Position numbers and translations under genes: made by a program. A stretch of 61,537 nt of DNA, the filler included, from Diploschistes diacapsis (Eukaryota): the NCBI GenBank assembly GCA_023645945.1. It is 5 parts of 5 records of this genome, joined end to end, with 100 filler letters (N's around TTAATTAATTAA, not from the genome) between each part and the next. Parts side by side here need not be neighbours in the genome. Positions count along the whole stretch, not along the records: positions 1 to 12,255 come from JALAIB010000759.1; positions 12,356 to 24,591 come from JALAIB010000760.1; 3 more parts are not named here. The stretch is one strand, 5' to 3'. This document shows, piece after piece, positions 1 through 12,386 of the stretch. The notes under the pieces are model-generated. The model searched no databases, had not been told where the DNA came from, and saw only the letters and a program-made list of their open reading frames with translations. Each line of letters begins with the position of its first letter. The stretch's first letter is position 1.

Positions 1-222
1 TCTGGATTCGAAAAGCTAGAGAGGAAACTATCTAGGTGGGAGGGTGGCAAGAATAAATAGTGTGTGGGTGCCAGCCCTACGTGGTTCGGGTCCTACCCGC
101 CTACACAGCCACCCCCTAACATCCTTGGCACGGTTGGCACCTGTCATGTGACCCTGCCGTCATGTGACCCTGTCGTCACATGACCCCGGTGGCTTGGCGG
201 GCGCCTGGGCTGATCTGTCTCA
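1..222. mobile_element. Probable LTR/repeat fragment at contig edge
   Basis: Non-coding, repeated GTCATGTGACCCTG / GTCACATGACC motifs at ~143-186, ends in ...TCTCA at 222 (TG...CA-type terminus), lies at the segment start and abuts the end of the ankyrin ORF. Confidence 0.35.
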
Positions 223-3200
223 GTCAGGCTCTATAGTGGCTGACTCACCCGTCAGCATCCGCTCATCCGAAAGGCGCTTAGGCTCTGCTATTGGATCTAG
301 TCCTGAACCAAGCGCAGTATGATAAGCCTCTTTGACTGGCTTATTCACGGCTTCAAGGAGCATCTGCACGGCATCGACCCGACATTTCGCAGTGGTCCAA
401 TGAAGCATCGTCAACTTCCGTCTGTCACTTCTACCCGCATTAGCACCATATGCTAACAACAATCTCGTAAAATCAAGAGGATTGTCACCCATGGCTTAGT
501 GAAGAGGATTCATCCTTACCATGCCAAACCAGAATACACGGACTCCGTTGCACTTTCCAAGTCCTCGTCTGCTCCACCGCGTGATATTCTCGCTCCTTTT
601 CAAGTCCAGGTCGATTGAATCGGTAAACAAATTGTCGAGGATTTTGATGGCGCCACAGTCCATCACTAGCCGATATGCTTACATTTTTTGGCCAGAGCTC
701 GCTCCGGAGACAGCTATCCGTGAATATTTTTAACGATGATGTTCATACCCACTCGAGTACTTGATTGTCCGCATTGGTTGGGTTTCCGGGGCAGCGTAAA
801 GACTGGTACCTTACCAGTTTTCCTAAGGGATCGCCGCCTCGTGGAAGCACTAGGCGCGCGTTAACGTGTCCCACCGGGCTTCCAGATAATCACTGATCCG
901 AACCGTGCAATGACGTATATTGAAGAATTCAGAAGCTTAAAAAGTCGAGTTGTCGACGTCCTCTGCATTTTGTTTGCATGAAGCACCCAGCAGCAAACCG
1001 TGTACCAGAGAAACAGGATATCTATAATTCTTCTAACCAATCCCGTTTCCTCATCATAGCAGCGTTGCTCAACCGATGCGGTCAGAAGATAACTGTAGCA
1101 GGTCTCCCAAATGACAGATTCTCCCTCTTAAAATTAAGGCCCTGTTTGGTGGTCAGCGTAGAGCATGTGTAGAGCTCCTTCGTAGATTGTACGAGGTCAC
1201 ATGACATTCTACGCTCCCACCAAACGCCCCTTTTTGTAGAGCTCCTACGTAGACGTCGTAGGAGCTCTACGACCTCTATAATCACCAAGCTCTACGTATT
1301 GATCAAAAATGAATCAAAAATGGATCGAAACCCTGTCGCCGCCGCCTTCACCGCCCATTTCCCCCTCCCATCTGGCCAAAATGGACGATTTTTAATCCAG
1401 ATATCACGAAAACAAGGGCAGGATGACCGTTGTTTTGCTCACTGATGTTGCGTAACTATACGCAGCCCAGCATTACGATAAATGCTACGCCTGTGAGGGC
1501 ATCGTAAAGATGCCATCATGCATGCGCAGAGAAGGCTGGGAAGGCTGGGAGACTGAGCCGAGGCTGGACTACTAGGCCGAGGATGGTAAGCGACAGCGTA
1601 GTGGGGCTGGCTGCCAAACGCGCCACGTAAAGCTGCCTCTACGTAGATGGTGGCCGTCATCTATGTAGAGCTTCTCTATCGTAGAGCTGCTCTATGTGCA
1701 GCCAAACAGGGCCTAACTTATCTGAAATGCTTGATGAATGAGGCGAAGATGAGGCGTTGCTTTGTCGACGATAATCAAGCCATGACAACACCTAAGGATC
1801 TTTCTGGTAGAAAGCCAAAATCGGGCATTGGTAAATTGCTGGCCAATCCTCACCGCTAGAAATTCCCAAGCGCTGTTGAAATCCGGCCTAGAAGATCCAC
1901 ATCAGAGGTTTTATTGCCATTTGCTTTTGCGCAGCGGAAGGTCGCTGATTGTGAAACTATCTCTTCGAAAGCTTCGTGCAGGGTCGGAGGTAGTGTTTAC
2001 GAAGCCTCTTCCATCTCGGCGATCGCCGGTGCGCTAAGCACGGTTTGAATCTGTAATACTGTAAGCACAACCCTGTCACTATCAGTTTCGCTTAACAACG
2101 CAGAGGTTTATGTGTGCATCATATAGGCCTTGAGCACCATTCACAACCCTTTCCACCATATGCCCCTGAAGTCCTCGTCAAACTCAACCGCCACAGGATT
2201 TTCATCGACTTTGTGGGAAAGATACTGCCTCAAGTCGTCCGCGCGGGCCATTATCTTGAGCTGTAAGGCATAATCAAAGACACATCCCAAACGTCATCGG
2301 ATAGTGCCTGCTTGTCGCAAAGATCCTGATATCTGCTCATCTTTTCAGCTTCTTCAGGAAACTTAGAGAGGATTTCTGATGCGTTTTCCCGTCACCCTCA
2401 TCCAATGCCTCCAGAATGATATATGTTTTGCGACTTTACGCGCAAGCGCTGAGGAATATCATTTTGTGTGGCGCAAAGATCGGAGTGCTTGGCTTATGAT
2501 TCGTGGTATATTGCCATACCGGTTTGTGGTATGGAAGTCCTGCCCGCCAGATCTTTCTGTTTAAGTTGGCGACCACTACCGCGGGCTAAAAATGTACTCT
2601 TTGTTCCTATGATCGAGTAGAAGAACGCAAGGCTGGCGTTGGCGTTTTGAACCATTCGGTCTGCTCCCAATCTATCACTGACCAGGGACTTAGCGTTTAT
2701 CAACAATCGATGTTGTGCCTTCGTTCTTGAAATGGCTGTATTATGTGATCACGGACTTGCCTGAGCCTCTAGTCCCGTGGCACCACCATTACACGGAGCA
2801 CGCGCTCACATAACCTTCTCTGCTCCATACGCGTTAAGAGTCGGCCATGCAGACCCAATCACCCGTACCTTGTACTCTAGGCTCACGGATAGCGATATGC
2901 ATGCCCTCCTCATCACAGTCTGATAGCCAAGATAACAGCCTCTCTCGCTTCCCTGCTCCTTGAGCGCCGCTAATTATGTTGTGTTGGGTTACAACACCAT
3001 GCTCGATTGAACGAGACTTTGAGTCGAGATCATTAAGCTGTTGAGCAGTCCTCAATTGTGTTCCACAAATATATCTATTATGTCTTCCGAAGTATTCGAC
3101 AACAAGGCTGATGAGTCAATAGATAGGCAGAACTCGATCCATTGAGAGAAGATCCTAAGGGCTTGCGTCGAATCACGATGCACTTTCTCATCGTGTGGCC

Positions 3201-3514
3201 AAGTCATCTGTCTCAATCAACTCTAAACAATATTCTCCGCCTTGTGATTTGAGCCCAGAAGCTTCTTTTTAGTAATCTTGTAGTATCTCAAGAACATGGT
3301 GGTTTGGCTGAAGTTAGTAGGTCGGGTTGCATCTCTCTTCAAAAAGTCTGCGAGCTGCTTCAGATTCGATCAAAGTGTCTTGAGCTCTTTATTGAACGCT
3401 GATGCGGTATCTTCGAGTCCGCAGCACCACGAACAAATTACTAGATAGTTGGACAGTTTGTCCAACAAGAGTCAGGGCTCCAGTGACAGAGGCCGATGCA
3501 GACAATGGATCTAT
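220..3514 (-). pseudogene. Decayed fungal NLR (HeLo-like N-terminus, NACHT, winged helix, ankyrin repeats)
   Basis: Minus-strand fragments in canonical order: (ATA)DPLSASASVTGALTLVGQTVQL at 3514; RLLSWLS..H..IREPRVQGTGDW (2834-3055); IILEALDE and IRIFATSR (~2300-2420); LPPTLHEAFE, ILRCCHGLIIVD, LRLIHQ (~1720-2010); ETCYSYLL (~1090); ankyrin LLLAYGANA..LTMLHW..VQMLLE (220-492). Many stops and frameshifts. Confidence 0.85.
1138..1713. mobile_element. Non-autonomous PIF/Harbinger (Tourist-like) MITE, 576 bp
   Basis: Perfect 12-bp TIR GGCCCTGTTTGG (1138-1149 / 1702-1713), TAA target duplication (1135-1137, 1714-1716), repeated GTAGAGC motifs, internal 14-bp-stem hairpin 1236-1270; interrupts the NLR pseudogene. 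Confidence 0.85.
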
Positions 3515-4281
3515 GAATGCCCTGCAACTTGGATTCAACGACAGTCACGGACAGGAACGTGTCAGGCTTGTTGACATCCTCGAGCCATCTGCCATTCCTT
3601 TGGTCTCTTCCCCCGATCGAATCACGCTGGGTACATATGGCATCTACTATCGTAGGAGGGTTAGCGACTCCAAGCGCGATCGTGAACTATAGTAAGTATT
3701 AAGCTGTGCGCTCCTATGCAGGGTAGCGTCACATAGGGACGATAGCTGGCTGGCAATTCCTGCGCAAACGTTCGGCGGTATAGGCTTGGGTCCAAACATA
3801 GCCGGTAGTAGAGAAAGCCTGCCCAGAACATGTCCAACTTCTGCTATCTCGATACATCGTGTATGAAGACAGTCTTCTAGCAATGGCTGTTAGTTTTAGT
3901 GACTTGAAGGGTGCATGCCGGCGACGATCACGGGACAATAATGAAGCAGCCATTAGTGCTCCAAACAAAGTTGCTTGCAGCATAGTTGGCATTCACATTC
4001 CAGAAATGAAAACAACTAAGGCATACAAAAGTAGCGACAACCAAGACAAGGGAATTTGGCTGTGCTATCACCAGTGGTTTAGGGAAGGTGAACGAATGTC
4101 TTATCACCGAGCAGGTGATTAAGTCCGTTAGTATGCACAACTTGAACTTTAACCGATCCCAATCCCTTCTTCACAACCGTGAAACAGACTTTCCGAGAAC
4201 GCAGGTGACTCACGTCGGGGACAAACTGGTTTGTGTGTACCCTTCCCATTCTCTTCATCCATACCACGCTATCAGCTCGAA

Positions 4282-6495
4282 ATGTCACGAAGGCTGGGCG
4301 ACCGCGCCGCCCAGAACCAGCAGACAATAAAAAGCCTCCTCAAGATTGAGTCGAATAAAAGCTGCGCGGACTGCAAACGAAACAATCGTATGTTCCACTG
4401 ATCTGCGCGAGCTGGACTTTGCTAGTACGACAACGGCTTACACTGCTTGTAGATCCCAGATGGGCTAGCTGGAATTTGGGCATTTTCGTTTGCATTCGGT
4501 ATGCAACGTTAGGCATTCAAAGGTCCATACAGTTCTAATGTTCCCTCTAGATGCTCGGGTATACATCGTGGAATGGGAACACATATAAGTCGAGTGAAAT
4601 CGGTCGACTTGGATGCATGGACGGACGAGCAGTTGCAAAGCATACTCAAATGGGGCAATGCTAGGGCCAATAAGTCAGGAAGGAATGCTTTGGGACAGAG
4701 ACCTGGACTGATGGGTACAGATATTGGGAGGCGAAGTTGGCAACCGGCCATGTGCCATCGGAAGCGTGAGTGCTAGGTCTGTACCTCAAATTATGCCGCT
4801 CTGATCCAGATACAGGAAGATCGAAAACTTCATTCGAACCAAGTACGAATCAAAGAGATGGGTTATGGATGGGCCAATGCCGGACCCATCGACACTTGAC
4901 GATGGTGGTGATGACGATGTCGTGGGTCCAAACTTCTTAGTTCGACATGCCGGGTGCTAACCCTGCAGCCATTGAACATCGTTCTCGAGAAGGCACAAAT
5001 AGGACGGTCTGGATCGCAAGCGCAAAGAGTTACTTCAAGTTCAAGTCAACCTACGCCGCAAGCCAGATCTGTACAGCCCTCATTTGACCTCATTGGAGGT
5101 GACGACTCGGTAGCATCTCCACCCGTTCGCCCCAGTACGACTGAACCGCCAGCAGCTCAACGACAGGCGCCTCCTACCAAAACGCAACAGCCATCACAAT
5201 TGCTAGGAGGCTTTGACTTCCTAGGCGCTCCACCGGATCGGCCTTCGAGTGCTTCCTCGAAGCCTGCCGGACTATCGAGACCAGATCTCAAACAGTCCAT
5301 TCTTTCCCTGTATTCGACACCAAAGCTACAGTCTCAACCTGTGCCCCAGCAGCAACACGGAAGGCAGCCATCGTTTGGCGGAATGCAAGCGCCTTCTGGA
5401 GGCTCATCTTCCGCGTTTGGGGGCTTCGATGACGCGTTCAGGGGGCTAAGCTTCGGGGCCACAAGCAGTGCATCCTCAAATTCTCTAGTGCAGAAGCCGG
5501 CGCAGCCTCCGCACCAGCTTTCATCGCAGAGAGTCACGCCATTTCCAGGCCTCAATCCGACCTCCCCTCCTGCCAAGTCGCCCCCTGCGCTCCCTCAGAT
5601 GACCAGTCCGCCGCAGATACTCGATCCTCCGCCTCTTGCTGGGGGCGGCTTTTTCGATGCCGGACCCAAGCTGCCTTCGAAACCGGCTCCGGCTAAGGCT
5701 AGTCAAGGACCTCCACCGCTTGCTGTTCGGAAAGCTAGCAACGCCTCTGAAGGGTTCGGGGAGTTCAGCTCAGCTTTCAACCCGTCTGTGCCTTCCACAG
5801 CGCCCATCACTGCTTCGTCCATTGCGAACAGCTCTAATGGCCTCCTTGACATCACCAACCCACCCTCAGCCATAAACTCTGCACGACCAGCAAATCCGAG
5901 CCAGCCAAACAGGTCCGTCTTCAATCTCTCGGCGCCTAAAGGCCCTTCGAACTATAACGCTATAATGCAATCATCCGCACCAGCCACCAAAACATCGTTC
6001 AACAGCTCATCAACAGAGCCTTGGAGTTCAAACGCATGGAGCAGCAACGAACCATCCGTCGCGACACCACAAACTGGGTTTTCAGTCGCAAGTCCCTCCT
6101 TAAAGTCAGCAACCGGCAGTGACTTCGGCTGGGGCAGTTCCACCCTCCAGACCAACAACGCGACACCCCAGGCACCACAGAATGACTGGAGCAAACCTAG
6201 TACTACTACTGCTCAGACACACTGGACTTCATCCGGTAGTTCCGCCGCCAATGATGCGGGCGGATGGGGCGATCCGACTCCCCCAGCAACGACCAGCGGC
6301 AGTCTTGGTGGTTTGGGCTCCGCTCCAGCTCCACCGAAAGTTGCACCGGAGGAGGATTTCGGTGACTGGGGCTCCGCTCCCACCGCTAGCTCCTCGGCCG
6401 CTCTGCCCGCGGCGTCCACAATACCATCCTTTGGCGCTCCAACGCAGCCACCGAAGGCCAACAATGACGATTTGTGGGGTAACGTGTGGGAATAA
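4282..6495 (+). CDS. AGE2: ArfGAP, SMAP/Age2 type (multi-exon)
   Basis: Spliced N-terminus [85 protein letters not shown] (ArfGAP zinc finger); long P/S/G-rich tail ending DDLWGNVWE. Confidence 0.9.
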
Positions 6496-7216
6496 TTTGG
6501 GCTTGAATACGTGCATTGGCCATGGAACGAACACAAATGAGAATGTAACATGAATGAGCTTGCAATTCACTGCAACCTTGTTTCTAATTGTTGCAGTATT
6601 CCTAACATTGTATTGAGTTTTTGCTGCTTCTGGCAGAATGTGTAATGACGATGGCTCGTCTGCCTGCCGTGACAAGCAAATAGCTTACTTGGGAATGGCA
6701 TTGATATTTGATTTTCATTGCTATAGGTGATGCCTCCCAAACATGCGGTACCAACCCATACACTTTGTGACATTACCTAGCCGATCACACATTCGATTAA
6801 TACCTACACTCGGAACCTCAAATTCTGCCCGACAGCACTCAAGCGTGCGTTATGTGCCCAGTCTCAAAGAGCAGCGCGACTCCCCTTAGAGCAGCCGTCA
6901 ACTCCAGGTGCCTGGTCGCATGCTGAATATGCAATATGCAACCGCCATATTGGAAGCTTCCTGGACTCGTCCACCAGGTCTAGGGCTTTTCTCCCCCAGC
7001 ACCCTGATCTGTTCTCAGTGCATGCCTCTTCTCCATTACCCACCCTCCTCTCTTCTCGCCTGTGCATGTTCTCCACAGGATTCCACTCCCCTCCGGGAAC
7101 CGGAGCCGAACGAAGACTCCACGTAACAAAATCCCACGCGGTTTCACCCCCCAACCCTTGCTCATAACCTCATTTATAAACATTACAGCTTGGAGCCCCT
7201 TGTCCTTCATCGATGC

Positions 7217-7677
7217 TCAAGCCTTCTTTTCCCTGAAGAAGAACCCCAGAACCCAGTACAGCACCAAGATGATGCCGATCAGTATCCCCGCAAGCTTCAA
7301 GACCGCGACTTTGTTGCCTTGCTGCGCCATCCGGCCTAGTCTGCCGGCTGACGAGCGCACGGAGGTGGATAGGGAGGAGAAGACTTCGTTCTGTGATAGG
7401 AGAGGTTAGTTTGTCGGGGATGCCGTAGGGGTTCGGGGTGCAGAAAGGACGAGGGCTGGGGGATGGAGATGGCGAAGGCAGGGAAGCCGTAAAGGAGAGA
7501 GTGGCAGGGAAGGAAGAAGAAGAAGAAGAAAGGGTAGCATACCGAACTGTGAATGACCCCTTGTTCTCGCGCATTGTCGTAGATGTTGACCGTCACGCCG
7601 CGCAGGGCGGAGGCTTTGGATGAGAGCTCGTCGAGCCGGCTGTTGTTTTGCCGCTCAAGGTTGTAGGAGTCTGACAT
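7217..7677 (-). CDS. SFT1: Small Golgi SNARE, Sft1/Bet1-like (one intron)
   Basis: MSDSYNLERQNNSRLDELSSKASALRGVTVNIYDNAREQ coiled coil; second exon SSAGRLGRMAQQGNKVAVLKLAGILIGIILVLYWVLGFFF (C-terminal TM anchor), stop at 7217-7219. Confidence 0.8.
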
Positions 7678-8348
7678 GGTGAACCCTTGATCTTAGAGGT
7701 GTGAGTGATGAAGGGTTTAGGAGGAAGGATGCGAATGGCGGTGGGAGTTGAAGTGAAAGTCCTCGAAAAAGATATAGAGATTAAAGCAGTGTATGCGGGT
7801 GGGTAAGGCGTGAGGAAGGGCTTGAATTTGTTCTGTCCTACGTCGCCGAGATTCTGGCTTATTTCCGGCATAACTCCAGAACTCTTGACTGACTTTCGCT
7901 ATACAAGATAAACAAAATAAAAATTTGTCATATCAGGGCTTTGGAAAGAGAGCTTTTGATCGATTATCTCGTAAATTCTGATTAACCGCCATCTTGCATT
8001 TGATGTCGCTTTTATAACCCTATAGATACCAGGAATAATTCAAGTGCCTCTGTAGGGAGCATTGTTATTATGCTATCGAATTAGATGGGTAAAAATGTCT
8101 ACTGCCAAGCTGTCGGATTTAACGGCTTATCTCCTTTGTAAAACGGCAGATGAAATTTTGCGGAGGTCTTGGGTTCGATTCCTACTGTTGTCATCATCCC
8201 GGACATTCTTTATATATCAGGTTTGGCATCCTTATTTAATTTTAAAGCGGCTAGCTACTTTCGGCGCAACGGCGGTCGGCACTCGATCGTCAATTTCCTC
8301 TGAAGTGGGAGTTTTCCAGCCAATATTTGTGTACAAAACGATAATAGG

Positions 8349-9620
8349 CTCAGGTGCTTATCCTCGGTGCCAGCATCAGCGGCCTGATCCTCGCCCAATG
8401 CCTCCGCAAATCTGGTGTATCGTTCCGAATCTAGGAACGGAATGCGTTTCTCAAGGGCCGCTCGCAAGGCTGGGTTATAGCTCTGCATACATGAAGCTTA
8501 GCCCTCTAGAATCCTGCGGCTCTTTTCTAAGCGCTCACAGGGTACTTGACGAGCTACTCAAGTTGATGCCGGATGACCTGCCACCCATGGACACGTTGAC
8601 CCACTTATGGCCGCTGGAAATTCCAGCGCAGCTCTGCATTTACGCCGGTGGTAAGAGATAGGTGGTGACGTCGAACCCGGTACACCCTGTTATTCGTGCT
8701 AATCGTCTACGCTTTCGGGAATGGTTGGTGACCAAAGTCCCGGTCGAGTTGAATAAAAGAATCTCGCGCATAGAAGAGGATGAGGGTCGGTTACGTTGTT
8801 TTTTGACGATGGGTCTTCGGCCGAGGGAGATATCTTAGTGGGAGCGGACGGAGCCAACAGCTTTGGTGTGGCCTCCTATCCGAACCTGAGATGCACTGAG
8901 TAGAAATGCAGTCCGTAAACACCTTCTCAGCGAAAAAGCCATGCCACAAACCGTCCCTATCAGCGTTATCAATAGCGAATTCATTCTAGCCGGCAGTGTC
9001 GTCGGAGATCAGATGGCTCTTGCACACTCGGCATACGTCGCGTTTGGAGACGACTATCACGTATTCGTTGGCCTCAGCTCTATAATAGACGACGGATCCC
9101 GCGCTCGGTACTACTGGTACCTCATTTGGAAAGATGAGGATGTATCTATGGAGCCCTTCTGGACAGTGTCCGTCACGAAGGCACAAATGCTGGACTATGC
9201 GTTTGAGCGGACGCAGTTCTTGGATGCAAATTTCCGGAAAACATTCTGGCCACCAGCATCAACAAGATCAGAGCTTCGCCAATCGTGTTTCGGGATATGG
9301 TCCTCAGCGACTTACCTGATGGCAGGATCACACTTATTGGTGATGCAGCGGATCCAATGGTGCCATGTAAGCTACAACTTCATCCTCGCAAAAACCTTAC
9401 TTATGCTTCATTAGTTCGAGGAGAAGGAAGCTGCCAAGCTATACAAGATAGCCTCGAGCTTGCTCATCTCTTAAATCGAGCCACTAGCCCAGACATGAAA
9501 TCGGTGCTGCAGGGGTACAAGGAGGCCATGCTTCCAAGAGGCGCAAAAGCGGTCCAAAGGTCAAGAGCAGCCTTTGGCTTGGGAGGAGAATGGGATGAAA
9601 ATGTAGCATTCGCCGGATTA
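8349..9620 (+). pseudogene. FAD-dependent monooxygenase pseudogene
   Basis: VLILGASISGLILAQCLRK Rossmann motif, GDILVGADGANS (DG motif), TLIGDAADPM..GEG..QAIQD (GD motif); in-frame TAG at 8432 and 8659 and frameshifts near 8790 and 9245. Boundaries approximate. Confidence 0.8.
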
Positions 9621-10133
9621 GTTCCATGCGTCAAAACAAGCTTTTTGGGAGTTTCCAGAAATTCAAGTTTCAGCCACAGCAGCCACAACAACCTCGGACA
9701 GGGACATGCCGTGATGCATTGCAAAAAGTTGACTTTTCTATGTCTTCCTACATGTAGCGAGAAGCAATCACGCGGTTTGAAAGTTATTTCTGCTCATTGA
9801 TCCTGCTGAACATCAACATTGGCGCACCTCCTCTACTCCTCATCCTCCTTCAGCCTCCTCCACCTCCTCCTCGTCCTCCCCCACCACCACCACTTTAATC
9901 GCCTTCAAGTGGGGCCAATGAAACTAGCAGCTCAGCCACTCTCGAGCCCGACGCAACGCTAAAATTCGTGCTCTTACGCTGAGAAGCACAACGATTGCAC
10001 ACCGGTTGAATAGACTCAGTCCATACGGCCCATCTCTTCACGTAAGTCTGCAAGAGCAATCATACTCCTTGCGCCGTACCCAGCTTGTGGAGGCAAGAAA
10101 CTCCCTAGGAGCAGAGGAAACAACGCGAACAAG

Positions 10134-11500
10134 ATGCCGTTCGGCATCAACAACTTTATCCCCTCGTCTCTTCGCAGTACGTCCAGCCCACCTTAGCGCA
10201 GCACGAACGACACGCTCGGCTGACCTTCCACAGGCGAATGCAAGAAGGCTTCCAAGATTCTCGCCTCCTTCGTGGACCCTCGACAAGCCTTCGGCCCCGA
10301 CAAAGTCATCCCACCCGAAATCCTCTCCAACGCAAAGGTTCGCAGAACTTCCCAAAGCCCCCTCCTACTACGGCCTTCGCCCTAACAAAAAGCTTCCAGG
10401 GCCTCGCAGTCCTCACAGTCCTCAAAGCTGGCTTCCTCGGCTCCGGCCGCTTCGGGTCTGGCCTCGTTGTCGCGCGCCTTGCAGACGGGACATGGTCCGC
10501 CCCTTCGGCGATCGTAACAGGAGGTGGAGGATTCGGCGGACAGATAGGTTTCGAGCTGACAGACTTTGTGTTTATTCTCAACGACGCCGCCGCCGTGCGC
10601 ACCTTCTCGCAACAGGGCTCGCTATCGCTCGGTGGGAACGTGAGCATAGCGGCAGGGCCGGTGGGCCGTAATGCGGAAGCAGCCGGAGTAGCGTCGTTGA
10701 AGGGCGTGGCGGGCATATTCAGCTACAGCAAAACAAAGGGCCTTTTTGCGGGCGTGTCGATCGAAGGATCTGGTATCTTCGAGAGGAGGGATGCAAACGA
10801 GAAGATGTACAACACCCGCATCACGGCCCGGCAGTTGCTGGAGGGAGGCATGCGCCCGCCGCCGGAAGCAGAGCCGCTGATGCGGGTGCTGAATAGCCGA
10901 GTTTTTGCGGGTGTAAGTTCGCAGCGCGATGACGTCTACAACGATATCCCCATCTACGACGATTCGGGCAACTACAATCCTTCCTACGGACGTGGCGCAG
11001 AATACGAAGATCCACACGAGTACCGTGACCGTCCGTCCCGCTCATCAACATGGGCGGGTGGGGACCCGCACAGCCCACAGTCACGCGCGAACCCCAGCGA
11101 GAACTTTGACAATATTGACTCTCAGGGCAGACCTGGGTTCGGTAGCACGGCGAGTAGCGGAGGTGCGAACAAGCCTGCGAGGCCGACGGCGCCAAAACCG
11201 CAGTTCAAGGGGAGGCCGAGCGCCGCGGAGCTGGGAAGGGATCAGGCGGTCGCGCTGTATACGTTTGATGCGGCGCAGCCGGGAGATCTGGGGTTCAAGA
11301 AAGGCGATGTGATCACTATCCTGAAGAGAACGGACAACAAGTCGGATTGGTGGACGGGGAGGGTTGGGGACAGGGAGGGGATATTCCCCAGGTGAGTTTA
11401 TTCTGCGTCTGCGTCGCGATTATCCCGGATAGCCATGACGGTCACTTTCGAGTTTCGCTAACTTACTCCTGTCCGTAGCAACTATGTCGACGCAAGATAG
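10134..11500 (+). CDS. YSC84: SYLF (YAB) + SH3 actin-patch protein, YSC84/LSB3 family
   Basis: MPFGINNFIPSSL start; GLAVLTVLKAGFLGSGRFGSG..GGQIGFELTDFVFILN..YSKTKGLFAGVS; C-terminal SH3 ALYTFDA..DLGFKKGD..DWWTG..GIFP|NYV with final exon stop at 11500. Confidence 0.93.
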
Positions 11501-12255
11501 TAGCCTGCATGTCTAGGCTTTGGTCCTCCCGTAACGACTCACTGCGAGAAGGGCTGGATTATTTGTTCTAGCCGTAAGGGCAATGGCAAGCAGTGTGCGG
11601 TAGGGTGAGTACGCGCAATGGGGCTATATGCTCGAAGCATTTAGTCTACGGAACACGGCAGAGCAAGCCAAAGCGCGGATATTCATGGTAGATCTAGTAG
11701 GGTTGGTCTACACAGGATCGGGATACCGCTTTGACGTTCATCCATGCCTAGCGATCATTGAATCATGTTCAACTTTTCTTGTCAATTGACGCAATTTTGG
11801 AGCTGCAAGAACGCTGCGATGAAAGAGTGGCGGAGGATCAACCTCAATGCAAGGATAGCGAGAGCCATATGGTTCCCTTGGCTAACCACTTTATGTGGCA
11901 CAAGAGCTACAACCCGATCTCCTGCTATTATATGCTTGGTAACAGAACCTACTATTTGGTTTAATCTATGCTTTTCCCTCATGATGTCATCATCATCCAC
12001 GCCATCACCATTTACCTTTCAGGTATCTAGCTCCTAACATCAGCGTTCACATCATCGCACGAAGCGCTCCGAGTACCTTCATCTCTATACTCTTTTTGAG
12101 CCCCGAACTTAAGACCACAGGACGTGAATCTTTGCTTCTCGCCTCCATCATGCCACCAAACACATCCCGCCCCAAGAACGAAATGGTGCATTTCAAAGGT
12201 ACCTACTTGTCCAAACCCCCTTCCCTTTGGCCTGTCTATACATCCTTGCGTCCCC

Positions 12256-12355
12256 NNNNNNNNNNNNNNNNNNNNNNNNNNNNNNNNNNNNNNNNNNNNT
12301 TAATTAATTAANNNNNNNNNNNNNNNNNNNNNNNNNNNNNNNNNNNNNNNNNNNN
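12256..12355. other. Artificial contig spacer N44-TTAATTAATTAA-N44
   Basis: Identical 100-bp linker with stops in all six frames; recurs four times. Confidence 0.98.
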
Positions 12356-12386
12356 CAGACATCGGCCCCTCTATCACGCCCCTGTT

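Noticed and set aside
861..880. TTAACGTGTCCCACC resembling a Fot1-type TIR start
   Set aside because: No matching inverted partner found nearby.
12150..12255. Possible first exon MPPNTSRPKNEMVHFKG followed by a GT donor
   Set aside because: Too short and cut by the contig end to assign a product.
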